A stretch of DNA of 64,000 nt from Candidatus Aenigmatarchaeota archaeon (lineage in GTDB: Archaea > Aenigmatarchaeota > Aenigmatarchaeia > QMZP01 > JAFGSV01), in contig JAFGSV010000033.1 in the NCBI GenBank assembly GCA_016934325.1, forward strand, positions 1,959 to 65,958. Direction: 5' to 3'. Positions 9,670 through 20,357 of the stretch are shown here, in pieces (the first letter of the stretch is position 1; each line of letters opens with the position of its first letter). Made by a program: the position numbers and the translations under genes. The notes below the pieces were generated by a model. It was not told the DNA's origin. It searched no databases and saw nothing but the letters and a program-made list of their open reading frames with translations.

Positions 9670-10896
9670 TCATTTCTTTTTCTTCCTGAGGGCGGCGTTG
9701 ACTAGCCTCAGGGCGTTTATCCTGATGAATCCCCTGGCATCCCTCTGGTCGTATCCGCCGGCTATGTCCATGCTCGACTGCGCCTCGTCATACAAGGAGT
9801 TCGGCGATTCCCTTCCAGTGATTATGATGTTTCCCTTGTATAGCTTGGCTTTCACCTTCCCAGTGACGTACTCCTGGGTCTTGTCGATCATGGTCATGAG
9901 CAGCTCCATCTCCGGGGAGTACCAGAACCCGTAGTAGACGAGCTCCGCGAACTTGGGTATCAGCCCGTCCCTGATGTGCATGACCTCCCTGTCCATGGTC
10001 AGCCCCTCCAGGTCCCTGTGCGCCGCCAGCAGGACAGACCCCGCAGGGGTCTCATATACGCCCCTCGACTTTATCCCCACGAACCTGTTCTCGACCATGT
10101 CTACGCGGCTGATGCCGTTCTTGCCTGCAATCTTGTTGAGGTAGACGAAAAGCTCCAAAGGCGCCGTCTTCACCGTGCCGTCGTCCAGGTTTCTGACCTT
10201 CACGGGTATGCCCTGCTTGAATTCTATCTCGATCGTGGTCTCCTTGTCGGGGGCGTCCTTCGGGGACACCGTCAGCTCGAACATGTCGGGCCTGGGGCCC
10301 TGCGCGGGATCCTCGAGCATGCCGGCCTCATAGCTGATGTGCATGAGATTGGGGTCGGAGCTCCATGGCTCCTTCTTCGTGGCCTTCACGGGGATGCCGT
10401 GCTTCTTGGCGAAGTCTATCAGGTCGGACCTTCCCTGGAACCTCTGCAGGAACTCCTCGTCCTTCCATGGGGCTATGACCTCGACGCCCGGCATGAGGGT
10501 GTAATAGGTCAGCTCGAACCTGACCTGGTCGTTGCCTTTTCCGGTCGCCCCGTGAGCGACAACGTTCGCGCCTTCCTTCCTGGCGATGTCTATCTGCCTC
10601 TTGGCTATCAGCGGTCTCGCGAGTGAGGTCCCAAGCAGGTACCTCCCCTCATAGACGGCATTGGCCTTGATCGCATGGAAGATGAAATCCTTGACGAACT
10701 CCTCCTTCAGGTCCTCGACGTATACCCTGGAGGCTCCCGTTCTGAGGGCCTTCTTCCGTATCTCCCCGAAATCCTCCTGCTGGCCCACGTCGGCCACATA
10801 GGCTATGACGTCATAGCCCTTCTCCTTCAGCCACAGGAGGATGACCGATGTGTCAAGGCCACCGCTATAAGCCAGAACCACCTTTTTTCGGCCCAT
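9670..10896 (-). CDS. argG: Argininosuccinate synthase
   Basis: [55 protein letters not shown]. True start MGRKKVV at 10896. Confidence 0.97.
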   Translation of the reverse strand: MGRKKVVLAYSGGLDTSVILLWLKEKGYDVIAYVADVGQQEDFGEIRKKALRTGASRVYVEDLKEEFVKDFIFHAIKANAVYEGRYLLGTSLARPLIAKRQIDIARKEGANVVAHGATGKGNDQVRFELTYYTLMPGVEVIAPWKDEEFLQRFQGRSDLIDFAKKHGIPVKATKKEPWSSDPNLMHISYEAGMLEDPAQGPRPDMFELTVSPKDAPDKETTIEIEFKQGIPVKVRNLDDGTVKTAPLELFVYLNKIAGKNGISRVDMVENRFVGIKSRGVYETPAGSVLLAAHRDLEGLTMDREVMHIRDGLIPKFAELVYYGFWYSPEMELLMTMIDKTQEYVTGKVKAKLYKGNIIITGRESPNSLYDEAQSSMDIAGGYDQRDARGFIRINALRLVNAALRKKKK

Positions 10897-10926
10897 GTGT
10901 CTAATATTTATAACGCTTATAAATAA

Positions 10927-10950
10927 ATTGTTGACCAATAATTCAACAAT
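10927..10950. promoter_or_regulatory. Inverted repeat ATTGTTGA-N8-TCAACAAT, candidate operator between divergent argG and argH
   Basis: Exact 8-bp arms at 10927-10934 and 10943-10950 in the AT-rich divergent promoter region. Confidence 0.5.
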
Positions 10951-11045
10951 AAATTGTATCTTAAGGGTAATATATTTAAATACAGTCTGTAAAATAACAA
11001 TGATTTTTGGAAAATGTTTCCATAAAATGAGGCAGGGATGATGAG

Positions 11046-12398
11046 ATGAAACTGTGGGAAAACGGCAACGGGGTCGGCGTTCATGAGAAGGTGGAGGAAT
11101 TCACCGCGGGCGAGGACATAAGGCTCGACCAGCAGCTGGTGGAGTGGGACGCCATCGGTTCCATGGCGCACGCGAGTATGCTGAACAAGATCGGCATAAT
11201 AACCCATTCGGAGCTCATGGACCTGAAGAAGGCCCTTGTCGATGTGGTGAACCTGCAAGAGAAGGGGAAATTCAGGATCGAGCTGAAGGACGAGGACGTC
11301 CACACGAAGATAGAGAACTACCTCACCGAGACCCTGGGGAACGTCGGGAAGAAGATACACACGGGGAGGAGCCGGAATGACCAGGTCATGGTGGACCTCA
11401 GGCTTTACACCAAGGAGAAGCTGCTCAAGATCGAGAAGAACCTCCTGACGCTGTGCAAGGAGATGGCAAGGTTCGCCGATTTGCACAAGGATGTGCCTAT
11501 GCCTGGCTATACGCATTTCCAGAAGGCGATGCCTTCATCCGTGGGCCTGTGGGCCATGGCTTACGTCGAATCTTTCCTGGATGACCTGAAGATGCTCAAG
11601 ACCGCCTACAGCATAAATGACCAGAACCCGCTCGGGTCTGCCGCAGGGTACGGGGTCCCGCTCGACCTGGACAGGGACTTGACTACGAAGCTGCTCGGAT
11701 TCGGCTCCTTGCAGAACAACGTGCTTTATGTCCAGAACAGCAGGGGCAAGATCGAGTCCATTGTGCTTTCGGCGCTGATGCAGATCATGCTTGACCTCGG
11801 GAAGCTCAGCAATGACGTGATACTCTACAGCACGGACGAGTTCGGTTTCTTCAAGATAGGCGAGAGGTTCAGGACAGGAAGCAGCATAATGCCGAAGAAG
11901 AGGAATCCGGACATACTGGAGCTTGTCAGGGGCAAGGTTAACATAATCACTTCGTCCCTCAACCAGGTGATCGGCACCATAAAGACCCTGCCGTCCGGAT
12001 ACCAGAGGGACCTGCAGGAGACCAAGGAGCCCCTCATTAAGAGCCTCGGGGTGACGAACAACTCCCTGGAGATGGTGGTCTTGGCGGTCAGGGACATATC
12101 CGTCAGCAGGGAAAGGCTCATCCAATCCTTCTCGTCGGGCATTTTCGCTACGGACGAGGCCTTCAAGCTCGTTTCCCAGGGCATTCCCTTCAGGGATGCT
12201 TACAAGCACGTCGACTACAATTTCCAGAAGTACAAGAAGGAGTCGCCGGAAGAGATAATCAAGAAGAGGAAGTACAAGGGGACCACAGGCGACCTTGGCA
12301 TCCTCAACATAAAGAAGAAGATCGACCGGGAGATGGCCGGCTCAAAGGCCCGGGAGAGGGAGTTCAAGAACGTCATAACGAAACTGATGAAGGCCTGA
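11046..12398 (+). CDS. argH: Argininosuccinate lyase
   Basis: [43 protein letters not shown] motifs. Confidence 0.96.
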   Translation: MKLWENGNGVGVHEKVEEFTAGEDIRLDQQLVEWDAIGSMAHASMLNKIGIITHSELMDLKKALVDVVNLQEKGKFRIELKDEDVHTKIENYLTETLGNVGKKIHTGRSRNDQVMVDLRLYTKEKLLKIEKNLLTLCKEMARFADLHKDVPMPGYTHFQKAMPSSVGLWAMAYVESFLDDLKMLKTAYSINDQNPLGSAAGYGVPLDLDRDLTTKLLGFGSLQNNVLYVQNSRGKIESIVLSALMQIMLDLGKLSNDVILYSTDEFGFFKIGERFRTGSSIMPKKRNPDILELVRGKVNIITSSLNQVIGTIKTLPSGYQRDLQETKEPLIKSLGVTNNSLEMVVLAVRDISVSRERLIQSFSSGIFATDEAFKLVSQGIPFRDAYKHVDYNFQKYKKESPEEIIKKRKYKGTTGDLGILNIKKKIDREMAGSKAREREFKNVITKLMKA

Positions 12399-12438
12399 TT
12401 CACCTCGCATGCTGCCTCCGAAAAAGAAAAAAGCCGTC

Positions 12439-12891
12439 CTATAGCTGCTTCTTGATTATGATGTAGGTCGATATGTTCTCGACGCCCCTCTTCTTGAGAT
12501 TCTGAATGATGAACTCGTTAAGCGTGTCAATGTCACGCGTGGAGACCTTGATGAGGACGTTCGTGGCTCCTGAAATGATGTAGCATTCGTCGACTTCCGG
12601 CAGGGCCATCAGCTCCGCCGAGAAATCGTCCTGATGGAGCTTGGAGGTGTACGCGATGTTAATCAGTATGAAGGCCTCTATCTCCTTGCCCAGCTTCTTC
12701 CTGTCAATGATGGCCGTGTATCCCTTTATCACGCCGCTCTTCTCGAGGTTCTTTATCCTGTTGAATACGGTCGTTATGGGGATTCCGGTCTTCCTGGCGA
12801 TCTGCTTCACTCCCAGCCTCGCATTCCCCTGCAAAGCATCCAGTATGGTCACGTCCTTGTCCTGAAGCTTCTGCAACTTTTCCGCCGTCAT
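12439..12891 (-). CDS. Lrp/AsnC family transcriptional regulator
   Basis: D..ILDALQGNAR...TTVFNRIKNLEKSGVIKGYTAIID HTH plus C-terminal RAM domain. Confidence 0.92.
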   Translation of the reverse strand: MTAEKLQKLQDKDVTILDALQGNARLGVKQIARKTGIPITTVFNRIKNLEKSGVIKGYTAIIDRKKLGKEIEAFILINIAYTSKLHQDDFSAELMALPEVDECYIISGATNVLIKVSTRDIDTLNEFIIQNLKKRGVENISTYIIIKKQL

Positions 12892-13199
12892 AGCCGTCCT
12901 CTCATGCCGAATTCCAATATGATATTTTGAAATATGAAATATTTTTTCATCTTTATTCTATTTAAAGATTATCCATATACCATTCATTCATTTATAGGAT
13001 GGGTATTCCTTTATGATAGCGATTTCCATAAATCTGGCATGAAAAAAGTGGAATTGTATTCAATTTCTGAAAAACGATATGCAGCTCGTCAATGTATTTG
13101 GAATCATTTTCCATTATTATATGATTTTTTAGCATAATTCGTGCATTCTTTCATGTATTGAGGAAAGTGTTTTTATTATAGTTGCGTCAAATCAGTATC

Positions 13200-13403
13200 A
13201 TGGGGATGGAATTTTATTACTCTGAGAAGACGGCCAAGAAGAGGTGCTTGTCAGACGACCATCTCGACACCAGGGAATTCGACTTCATGCAGAAATTCGC
13301 CAGCGACATCGACGAGATCAGAACGCATGGCGCTGAGCAGACCGAGAAATGCCTGACCGTGGTGAACACGTCATTCCACGATTCCTGGGGGAACGTCTTT
13401 TAA
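13200..13403 (+). CDS. Small hypothetical protein (~67 aa)
   Basis: Host-like codon bias begins at ~13220; ATG at 13200/13206 after AT-rich promoter region. Confidence 0.45.
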   Translation: MGMEFYYSEKTAKKRCLSDDHLDTREFDFMQKFASDIDEIRTHGAEQTEKCLTVVNTSFHDSWGNVF

Positions 13404-13429
13404 TCCGAAACGTATGCTGGGTGGGCTTC

Positions 13430-13828
13430 ATGGAAAGCGTCGTTAAGCTCGATTCCAAGGGCAGGATTCTGATACCGGCCAGCTTCAGGAAGAAGCTCGG
13501 CATAGGCGCCGACACGGAGCTGGTTCTCATGCATGGGGAGAGGGATGACGAGGTGAGGATTTTGCCAATCAGCGACCAGGCTGCGGCCAAGTGCACGGTC
13601 ATGCTCAACAACGGTCCAGGGAACTTGACCAACGTCATGGAGGTCCTCGACATGCTCAATGTCGGGGTCCTTCTGAGCGAGAGCAGGAACCTTGCGGGCA
13701 ACGGCATGTCCGAATGGACCTTCGTCCTTGACACCAGCAAATCGAAGGAGCAGAACGATGACATCCAGAGCAGGCTCAAGTCTCTCGATGGTGTAATATC
13801 CGCGGTATTCTCGAAAAAGGAATCGTAA
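13430..13828 (+). CDS. AbrB/MazE/SpoVT DNA-binding domain fused to an ACT-like domain
   Basis: VKLDSKGRILIPASFRKKLGI AbrB motif; C-terminal PGNLTNVMEVL ACT-like pattern. Start reassigned to ATG 13430. Confidence 0.75.
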   Translation: MESVVKLDSKGRILIPASFRKKLGIGADTELVLMHGERDDEVRILPISDQAAAKCTVMLNNGPGNLTNVMEVLDMLNVGVLLSESRNLAGNGMSEWTFVLDTSKSKEQNDDIQSRLKSLDGVISAVFSKKES

Positions 13829-13944
13829 ACATGAACCCGATGGGCTACTGCTTTTCTTTCCGAAATCAGCGGCTGTGAAGATTCCCGGCGTCCTTCCCGA
13901 AATTATTAAATAAAGCAGAACAAATTTATACAGTGGTGATTCGA

Positions 13945-15804
13945 TTGGACTACGGGAAGCTGGGCCTGAGATGCGGAATCGAGATACACCAGCAGCTGGA
14001 CACGGCGCACAAGCTTTTCTGCGGCTGCCCTCCAATGTTATCTTCCGACAAGCCCGTATCCGCCGTCAGGCGCAGGATGAGAGCGGTGGCGGGGGAGCTG
14101 GGAGAGGTGGACGCGGCCGCCATGCATGAGCTGATCATCGGCAAGGAATTCAATTACCAGGTTTACGAAGATTCATCCTGCCTCGTGGAGACCGACAGCG
14201 AGCCCCCGCATTCCCTTGACAGCGAGTCGCTGCGTACCGCTCTGACAATCGCCGTCATGCTGGGCTGCGAGATACCGAACGAGGCCCATGTCATGAGGAA
14301 GACCGTGATCGATGGCTCGAACACTTCCGGTTTCCAGAGGACGCTTATCATCGGGCTCGATGGCAGGCTGCCGACAGGCTTCGGCCCTGTTGGTATAACC
14401 AACGTCTGCCTGGAGGAGGACGCCGCCCAGATCCTCCAGAGGGACGCCGGGGCCGTCACGTACGGCCTAGACAGGCTCGCCATCCCATTGGTCGAGATAG
14501 GGACATCGGCTGACATAGGGACCCCGGAGCAAGCCAGGGAGGTGGCCAGCGGGCTGGGGACGATGCTCCGATCGACCGGAAAGGTCAAGAGGGGGATAGG
14601 AACCATCAGGCAGGACATAAACATATCGATAAGAGAAGGGGCGAGGGTCGAGATCAAGGGAGCGCAGGAGCTCAGGCTTGTTCCCAAGCTGGTGGAGAAC
14701 GAGGCGCTGAGGCAGCTGTCGCTCGCCGGGATAAGGGACGAGCTCAGGAAGAAGGGGTTCAGGAAAGTCAGGTCCGCAGTGAAGGACGTATCGAGCGCGT
14801 TCAGGAAGACTGACAGCCGGATAATGAAGGGCAAGCGCACTTTCGCCATAGTCATACCCGGTTTCGCGGGGTTCCTGGCAAGGAAGCTCACCGAGACCAG
14901 GACCCTCGGAAACGAGATCGCCAGCTACGTCAAGGCCAGGGCAGGAATCCCCGGGATCATCCATTCCGACGAGGATCTGCAGAAATACAGGCTCGAGAGA
15001 GAATTCGAGGATCTCAGGGGCAGGCTCGACGTCAAGCACGGGGATACCCTCATCATCATGGCGGCAGAAAGGCCTCTCGCTGAGAAAACGGCAAGGGCGC
15101 TGGAGGAGAGGGTGAACCAGCTGCCGCTTGGCGTCCCCAGGGAGGTCAGGAGGGCATTGCCGAACGGCGACACCGAATTCCTGAGGCCATTGCCGGGCGC
15201 CGCGAGGATGTATCCTGAGACGGACGTGGAGCCCATCCAGATAGTACCCGCCATGTTAAAGGAGGTCAGGAAGAACCTGCCCGAGACATGGGAGAAGAAG
15301 ATAACGAGGCTTGCGAGGTCGTACCCGATTTCCAAGGAGCTTTCCGGGCAGATGGTCCATTCGGGGATGGACGTCATGTTCGAGAGGCTGGCAGGCAGGC
15401 ATGACCCCAGGCTGGTTTCCTCCACTCTGCTTTCCGCGATGAAGGGTATAGAAAGGGAGGGGCTGGATACGGGCGCAATAACGGAGAAGAACCTGGACGA
15501 GCTCTTCGGGCTCGTCGAGGGGAAGAAGATGGCCAAGGAGGCCATCCCCGATGTTCTGAGGGCCTTGGCGAAAAGCCCGGGGAGGAGCACTACCGACATC
15601 GTCAGCAAGCTGGGCGTGGGAGGCATGACGAGTGCTGAGCTGGTCGGAATAATCCGGAAGATCCTAACGGAGAAGAAGGGTCTGCTGAGCCACCCCAGAA
15701 GGGAGAATGTGCTGATGGGGCTGGTCATGCGCGAGGTCAGGGGGAAGATAGACGGCAAGGCCGTCCTTCAGGCCCTGCGGAGCGAGCTCAAGAGGTCAGG
15801 ATAG
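13945..15804 (+). CDS. gatE: Glu-tRNA(Gln) amidotransferase subunit E
   Basis: GIEIHQQL, MRKTVIDGSNTSGFQRT, CLEEDAA, LDRLAIPLVEIGT, KRGIGTIRQDINISI, ARMYPETD. Likely TTG start at 13945 after GGTGA (track gives 13933). Confidence 0.96.
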   Translation: MDYGKLGLRCGIEIHQQLDTAHKLFCGCPPMLSSDKPVSAVRRRMRAVAGELGEVDAAAMHELIIGKEFNYQVYEDSSCLVETDSEPPHSLDSESLRTALTIAVMLGCEIPNEAHVMRKTVIDGSNTSGFQRTLIIGLDGRLPTGFGPVGITNVCLEEDAAQILQRDAGAVTYGLDRLAIPLVEIGTSADIGTPEQAREVASGLGTMLRSTGKVKRGIGTIRQDINISIREGARVEIKGAQELRLVPKLVENEALRQLSLAGIRDELRKKGFRKVRSAVKDVSSAFRKTDSRIMKGKRTFAIVIPGFAGFLARKLTETRTLGNEIASYVKARAGIPGIIHSDEDLQKYRLEREFEDLRGRLDVKHGDTLIIMAAERPLAEKTARALEERVNQLPLGVPREVRRALPNGDTEFLRPLPGAARMYPETDVEPIQIVPAMLKEVRKNLPETWEKKITRLARSYPISKELSGQMVHSGMDVMFERLAGRHDPRLVSSTLLSAMKGIEREGLDTGAITEKNLDELFGLVEGKKMAKEAIPDVLRALAKSPGRSTTDIVSKLGVGGMTSAELVGIIRKILTEKKGLLSHPRRENVLMGLVMREVRGKIDGKAVLQALRSELKRSG

Positions 15805-15809
15805 TCCCA

Positions 15810-15870
15810 GGCCCCGGTTTCTTATTGGTTTATTGCCGGGCCATTTTTCGGGGTTTTGTTGTTTTTTTCG
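15810..15870 (+). terminator. Possible terminator after gatE (imperfect GC stem followed by T-tracts)
   Basis: GGCCCCGG...CCGGGCC then ATTTTT and TTTTGTTGTTTTTTT. Confidence 0.4.
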
Positions 15871-15935
15871 GGAATTGACATTGCATTTATAAAATTTATT
15901 GCATAAAACATCGTATTAAATGATTGATGATAAAC

Positions 15936-16457
15936 ATGATGCTTGACGATGACGCAAGACGAAACGCTTTCGCGATGGTCTCCATCGCGGTAATAGCTGC
16001 ACTCTCATTGGCCGCGATAGCGCCTTTGCTTGCCGCAGGAGAGGAAGGCGTTGACTCGGGCGCCGACCTTATGCAGATAAGGAAATCCCAAGCGATATGC
16101 AGGGTAATCGGCGAGGATGTGCTCAGCGGCAGGCCCATCACATCCTGCTTCTATGGTGTTAAGGTCGACAGCAGCACCGTTAGGCATGGAGAGGAGATAA
16201 CCAACGTCAGGATCCTTGCGAAGGAGCAGCTTTATTTCGGCGGCACGTACACCGATGGTGAATACAACTATGACGGGGAGTTTATCGGGAAGTTCGGCAA
16301 GGTGTTCAAGTACAACGACAACGCCGACGTGTTCTGGAAGGTCGAGGTCGGGCTGAACGGAAGCACGCTGGAATACTGCTCAATGAGGGACATGGAATAC
16401 GACGGCACCGCCCGCACCAAGGAAACCTGCGAGTCCCTGAACATCGACATACAGTGA
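15936..16457 (+). CDS. Hypothetical membrane-anchored/secreted protein
   Basis: N-terminal hydrophobic segment AFAMVSIAVIAALSLAAIAPLLAAG followed by a Cys-containing hydrophilic domain; start uncertain (15924-15939). Confidence 0.6.
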   Translation: MMLDDDARRNAFAMVSIAVIAALSLAAIAPLLAAGEEGVDSGADLMQIRKSQAICRVIGEDVLSGRPITSCFYGVKVDSSTVRHGEEITNVRILAKEQLYFGGTYTDGEYNYDGEFIGKFGKVFKYNDNADVFWKVEVGLNGSTLEYCSMRDMEYDGTARTKETCESLNIDIQ

Positions 16458-16578
16458 GAAAGCGACGCATTCTTTTTCCGAGACGAAATAGCCGACAGGC
16501 TTGTCTAAAGACAGCATACCATTAAGGTTATAAATATAAACCACCATGTTATATTGGAAACTCCTTATGGGTAATGGC

Positions 16579-16749
16579 ATGAAGTCCGGAAAGGAAGGCA
16601 TCAAGTGCAATTGTACGGTGTGCGGCTCCAGGTTCAGGATTAGGGTCGACAGGCAGGGGAACGTGAACCACGAGGCCACCTACTGCGTCTTCTGCAGGGC
16701 GATGCTGGAAGATATAGAGGACGCTGACATCGATTCCATCAGGAAGTGA
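16579..16749 (+). CDS. Small zinc-finger protein (CxxC...CxxC)
   Basis: CTVCGSRF...YCVFCRA; TATA-like TTATAAATATA upstream; start uncertain. Confidence 0.6.
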   Translation: MKSGKEGIKCNCTVCGSRFRIRVDRQGNVNHEATYCVFCRAMLEDIEDADIDSIRK

Positions 16750-16815
16750 ATTCTGCACAGAAACTGAAAGGTCGGGTTCAATAAACTGGCCAGAAATTCT
16801 ATGGGATCATAATAT

Positions 16816-18345
16816 CTAATATAATCCCTCTAACACGCACATTTCCCTGTAGTCATGAAGGTTTGCGGCACCGACATTGCTCATCGTCATCGCAACCCCA
16901 AGGGCGGTCTTCTCCATTCCCGGCTTCAGCCTTCCGACCAGGGGTATCAAGTAGAAACCGCCCTCCTCTATGTCGGCTCTCCTGACACCTTCCCCGACAT
17001 CGTATCTCGCGAAAGACCTTGCCTTGTAGGAGCCTTCTCCCCAGTTCTCTATGTACAAAATCCCTCCTTCATTATGAACAGGTCCCGCCGCCTCCTCGAA
17101 CATGTTGAAATACGTCCCCATCATGGCAGCATCGGCGAATGCAAGGGCTGCGTTGATGCTTCTCGTATCCTGCCTCAGGTTTCTTCTTACCAAAACCCTC
17201 TTGTCAAAATCAGGGTCAAGGGTACCGATGCCGCCATCGGCTATCATGGGACGATACACGCCAAGTTTCTCTCTCGCTTTGTAGAAGTCATATAATGCTC
17301 TCAGTATGTCTCCGCCGACCCCCCTGTTATCAGTAGTCAGGCACATCCTTCCGCTGCCCATTCCGACTTTGAACAAGTCGGCCCCGGCTTCGACAAGGGT
17401 GTCATAGACAGGAACTTCGATCAGCTTGCCGCTCCTGGTCTTCTTGATTGCCGTGGTAGCGACGACATTACCGGCACATATGTAAGAGTCCGGAAACAAT
17501 CTCTTGAACTTGCGGAGAGTGCGGACCTGGAAATCGCTTGCACCGTCTGACGCGTCAATGAATATGATGTCCGCGCCCGCTTCGAGCAAGGCCTCCGCCC
17601 TCTTCTCCCACTTGTATGTATGTATTGCCCCTCCCACAGCGTACCCGTTATGCATGTAATTGAATGTAAGACCTTTCATGACGCCGTTCCGATCAACCAC
17701 GGGCATGCATCCTTTTCTTGCCTTCTTCATTCTGTTCTGGATCGTTTTCGGCTGGCATCTTTCCGATACGTAGTCCTCTCCATTTTTCGCTTTTTCAATA
17801 TCGAACGGTATCACAATCTTGCCCCATTCGTTTTTCCTGCTCCTTGCCAGCCCTATCGCTTCATGCAAATCAACGTTCAAGCAATCGTTCGGGATCCCCT
17901 CACGATAACGAAAAAGGCCTTTAAGCTTCCTTTCATCATCGCATATTGGTATTACGGAGTGGCCTACCTTGTTATACCTGTCGATGGCATCGCCGACTTT
18001 TGATGCGTCACCGTCGACATTTATCCATTCCGGCTGTTCCACGAATTCAAGGTCCCCCCTTCTGACTTCGTTTTTCTTGACATTCTCAACCATCCTTTTT
18101 GCGACTTCGATGGGATATTGCGAAGGGACAACCGCCATCGCTCCGTTTCTTGCACATTCCCCCAGCAGGCGTTCATTGACCACCGAAGTCATGGCGGCGC
18201 CTATGAAGGGAACGCTCAGTTCGACGTCAGGGACAAGCTCGACGGAAAGGTCTACCTTGTCGTGCGTTGTCTTAGAAGTGGTCCATCCGGGAAGAATGTT
18301 CATCTCGTGGGGCTCCCCGAGATTTCCGATTATTTTATATGCCAT
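16816..18345 (-). CDS. guaB: Divergent IMP dehydrogenase / GMP reductase family protein with CBS insertion
   Basis: PFIGAAMTSV, IDASDG, ICAGNVV, KVGMGSGRMCLT (catalytic Cys), IADGG, MMGTYF, WGEGS, EEG motifs; CBS-like region in the N-half. Confidence 0.75.
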   Translation of the reverse strand: MAYKIIGNLGEPHEMNILPGWTTSKTTHDKVDLSVELVPDVELSVPFIGAAMTSVVNERLLGECARNGAMAVVPSQYPIEVAKRMVENVKKNEVRRGDLEFVEQPEWINVDGDASKVGDAIDRYNKVGHSVIPICDDERKLKGLFRYREGIPNDCLNVDLHEAIGLARSRKNEWGKIVIPFDIEKAKNGEDYVSERCQPKTIQNRMKKARKGCMPVVDRNGVMKGLTFNYMHNGYAVGGAIHTYKWEKRAEALLEAGADIIFIDASDGASDFQVRTLRKFKRLFPDSYICAGNVVATTAIKKTRSGKLIEVPVYDTLVEAGADLFKVGMGSGRMCLTTDNRGVGGDILRALYDFYKAREKLGVYRPMIADGGIGTLDPDFDKRVLVRRNLRQDTRSINAALAFADAAMMGTYFNMFEEAAGPVHNEGGILYIENWGEGSYKARSFARYDVGEGVRRADIEEGGFYLIPLVGRLKPGMEKTALGVAMTMSNVGAANLHDYREMCVLEGLY

Positions 18346-18480
18346 ATGATTCTTATGCATAAAAATTTTTTAAGGTTACGGTTCTTTCGAGGAATTTTGG
18401 GGGGAAATGATGAAAAACAATTTAAAGGTTGCCGCGGTATATATAGAAATTAGGTCCGCCGACGGCGGCGGTGATTAGGC

Positions 18481-18675
18481 ATGATAATACCCGTGAGATG
18501 CATGACCTGCGGGAAGCCCGTGGGCCAGTTCTGGGAAGAGTACAAGAAGAGGACAGGGAAGGGGGAGGATCCCAAGAAGGTGCTGGATTCCCTCGGAATA
18601 GAGAGGTACTGCTGCAGGTCGCTCTTCATGACCCACGTCAGCCTGACGGAAAGGGTCGGCCAGTTCCAGAAATAA
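18481..18675 (+). CDS. rpoN: DNA-directed RNA polymerase subunit N (Rpo10)
   Basis: [12 protein letters not shown]...[12 protein letters not shown]. Confidence 0.97.
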   Translation: MIIPVRCMTCGKPVGQFWEEYKKRTGKGEDPKKVLDSLGIERYCCRSLFMTHVSLTERVGQFQK

Positions 18676-18745
18676 GAGAAGGTCGCCCCTGCTTTCTCGC
18701 CCGCGGGGCCGAATCATTTTTAAGGCGGGGCCGCATTCTCTATTA

Positions 18746-19873
18746 ATGGCTTCGCCTTTCGATCAGATCGGGAATTTCATAGGCCCCTACTCGGACAGCG
18801 TCCTGGCCATCATCATAATCGTGGGGGCATTGATAGCGATCAAGATCGCGTTCATGGTCATCGGGAGGCTGAAGAGGGGCGTGAAGGCCATGGGGGGCAA
18901 GAACCTTTATGTGAACATGCTCGACGCCTTGAAGCAGCCTATAAGCCTCGGCATCTTCTTGCTGGGCGTCTACCTGGCGCTCAGGTCGCTGACGGCCCTG
19001 GCGCCGTTTTCGGGCGACATGGCCTCGGCCTTCGCGGTGATATTCTCCTTCTACCTCGCTTATTTCGCAGCCAAAATCGTGGGGATTTTCATAGACTGGT
19101 ACGCGGTCGAGATTGCCGAAAAAACAAAGACCACCCTGGATGACCAGTTCCTGCCGATAATCAAGAGGGCCGCCTACGGGATCATATTCGGAATAGTCAT
19201 AATAATAATGCTCAACCAGCTGGGGGTCCGGGTGGAGACCCTGATCGCCACCCTCGGGATAGGCGGCCTTGCCGTCGCCCTTGCCTTGCAGCCCACGCTT
19301 GCCAACTTCTTCTCAGGCATGCAGATGGTGCTTGACAGGCCGCTGAGGATCGGCGATTTCGTCGAGCTTGATGCGGGAGAAAGGGGCACCGTGGTGGACA
19401 TAGGGTGGAGAAGCACCAAGATAAGGACGTACATGAACAACATAGTCACCATCCCCAACAGCAAGCTTTCGGACAGCAAGATAACGAACTTCAACACGCC
19501 GAGCCCCGAGATCGGGTTCTCGATCGACTGCGGCGTCGCCTACGACTCCGACCTCGACAAGGTGGAGCGGGTCAGCATCGAGGTGGCCACCGAGATCATT
19601 GAAAAGTACAGCGGCGTCAATGGCTTCAAGCCCGTATTCAGGTTCAGGGAGTTCGGCGACTCCAGCATAAACTTCAAGGTGGTGATGCGTACAAAGACGC
19701 TCGCCGACAGCTACCTGGCGACACACGAGTTCATCAAGGCGCTCAAGAAGCGGTTCGACAGGGAAGGCATAGGGATTGCCTTCCCGCAGGTCGACGTCCA
19801 CATGGACAAGCCCAGGGCGAGGCCCGCAAGGAAGAGCCCTGCAAGACAGAAGAGGAAAGGCGGGCGAAGGTAG
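18746..19873 (+). CDS. mscS: Small-conductance mechanosensitive channel
   Basis: GIGGLAVALALQPTLANFFSG, RPLRIGDFV, TIPNSKL, FREFGDSSINF, GIAFPQ. Confidence 0.93.
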   Translation: MASPFDQIGNFIGPYSDSVLAIIIIVGALIAIKIAFMVIGRLKRGVKAMGGKNLYVNMLDALKQPISLGIFLLGVYLALRSLTALAPFSGDMASAFAVIFSFYLAYFAAKIVGIFIDWYAVEIAEKTKTTLDDQFLPIIKRAAYGIIFGIVIIIMLNQLGVRVETLIATLGIGGLAVALALQPTLANFFSGMQMVLDRPLRIGDFVELDAGERGTVVDIGWRSTKIRTYMNNIVTIPNSKLSDSKITNFNTPSPEIGFSIDCGVAYDSDLDKVERVSIEVATEIIEKYSGVNGFKPVFRFREFGDSSINFKVVMRTKTLADSYLATHEFIKALKKRFDREGIGIAFPQVDVHMDKPRARPARKSPARQKRKGGRR

Positions 19874-19936
19874 CCGGTTGGAAATATTCCAGGGATTCTT
19901 ATAAAACGATAAAATGCGCCCCCTGCGGGCGTATCC

Positions 19937-20272
19937 TCAGAACCTCCAGTAGACCGTGAAGATCCTGATTATGGCCTGCAGCGTGCATCCCACGCAGACG
20001 ATCAGGTTGAACACGAACAGCGCCGTGAGCGGCCAGGCCCATTCAACGCCGAACACCGCAGCCACCCATGGCAGGACATAGAACCATATGAGCCACGCAT
20101 ACAGCACGACCCCGACGACAGGGATGAAACCGAGAAGCAGCAGTATGCCCAGGATGATCTGCGTGACTATGGCCATCAGGATTCCCAGCGGCCCGTATGC
20201 GATCGTGCAGAACACCATCCCGAGTATCAGCGCAATGACGTTCGAGTAGATGTAGAGCTTCTTCTTTACCAT
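19937..20272 (-). CDS. Hypothetical small multi-pass membrane protein
   Basis: 111 aa almost entirely hydrophobic; host-like codons. Confidence 0.6.
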   Translation of the reverse strand: MVKKKLYIYSNVIALILGMVFCTIAYGPLGILMAIVTQIILGILLLLGFIPVVGVVLYAWLIWFYVLPWVAAVFGVEWAWPLTALFVFNLIVCVGCTLQAIIRIFTVYWRF

Positions 20273-20357
20273 ACCGATCCCATGTCTATGCTCAAATGCC
20301 GATTTATTACCCTATATTATATATTCACTGTGGCTAAAAATATAAAAGCTGGTCAAT

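Noticed and set aside
18455-18470. CCGCCG-A-CGGCGG palindrome before rpoN as a tRNA remnant
   Set aside because: No cloverleaf or T-loop consensus; too short to interpret.
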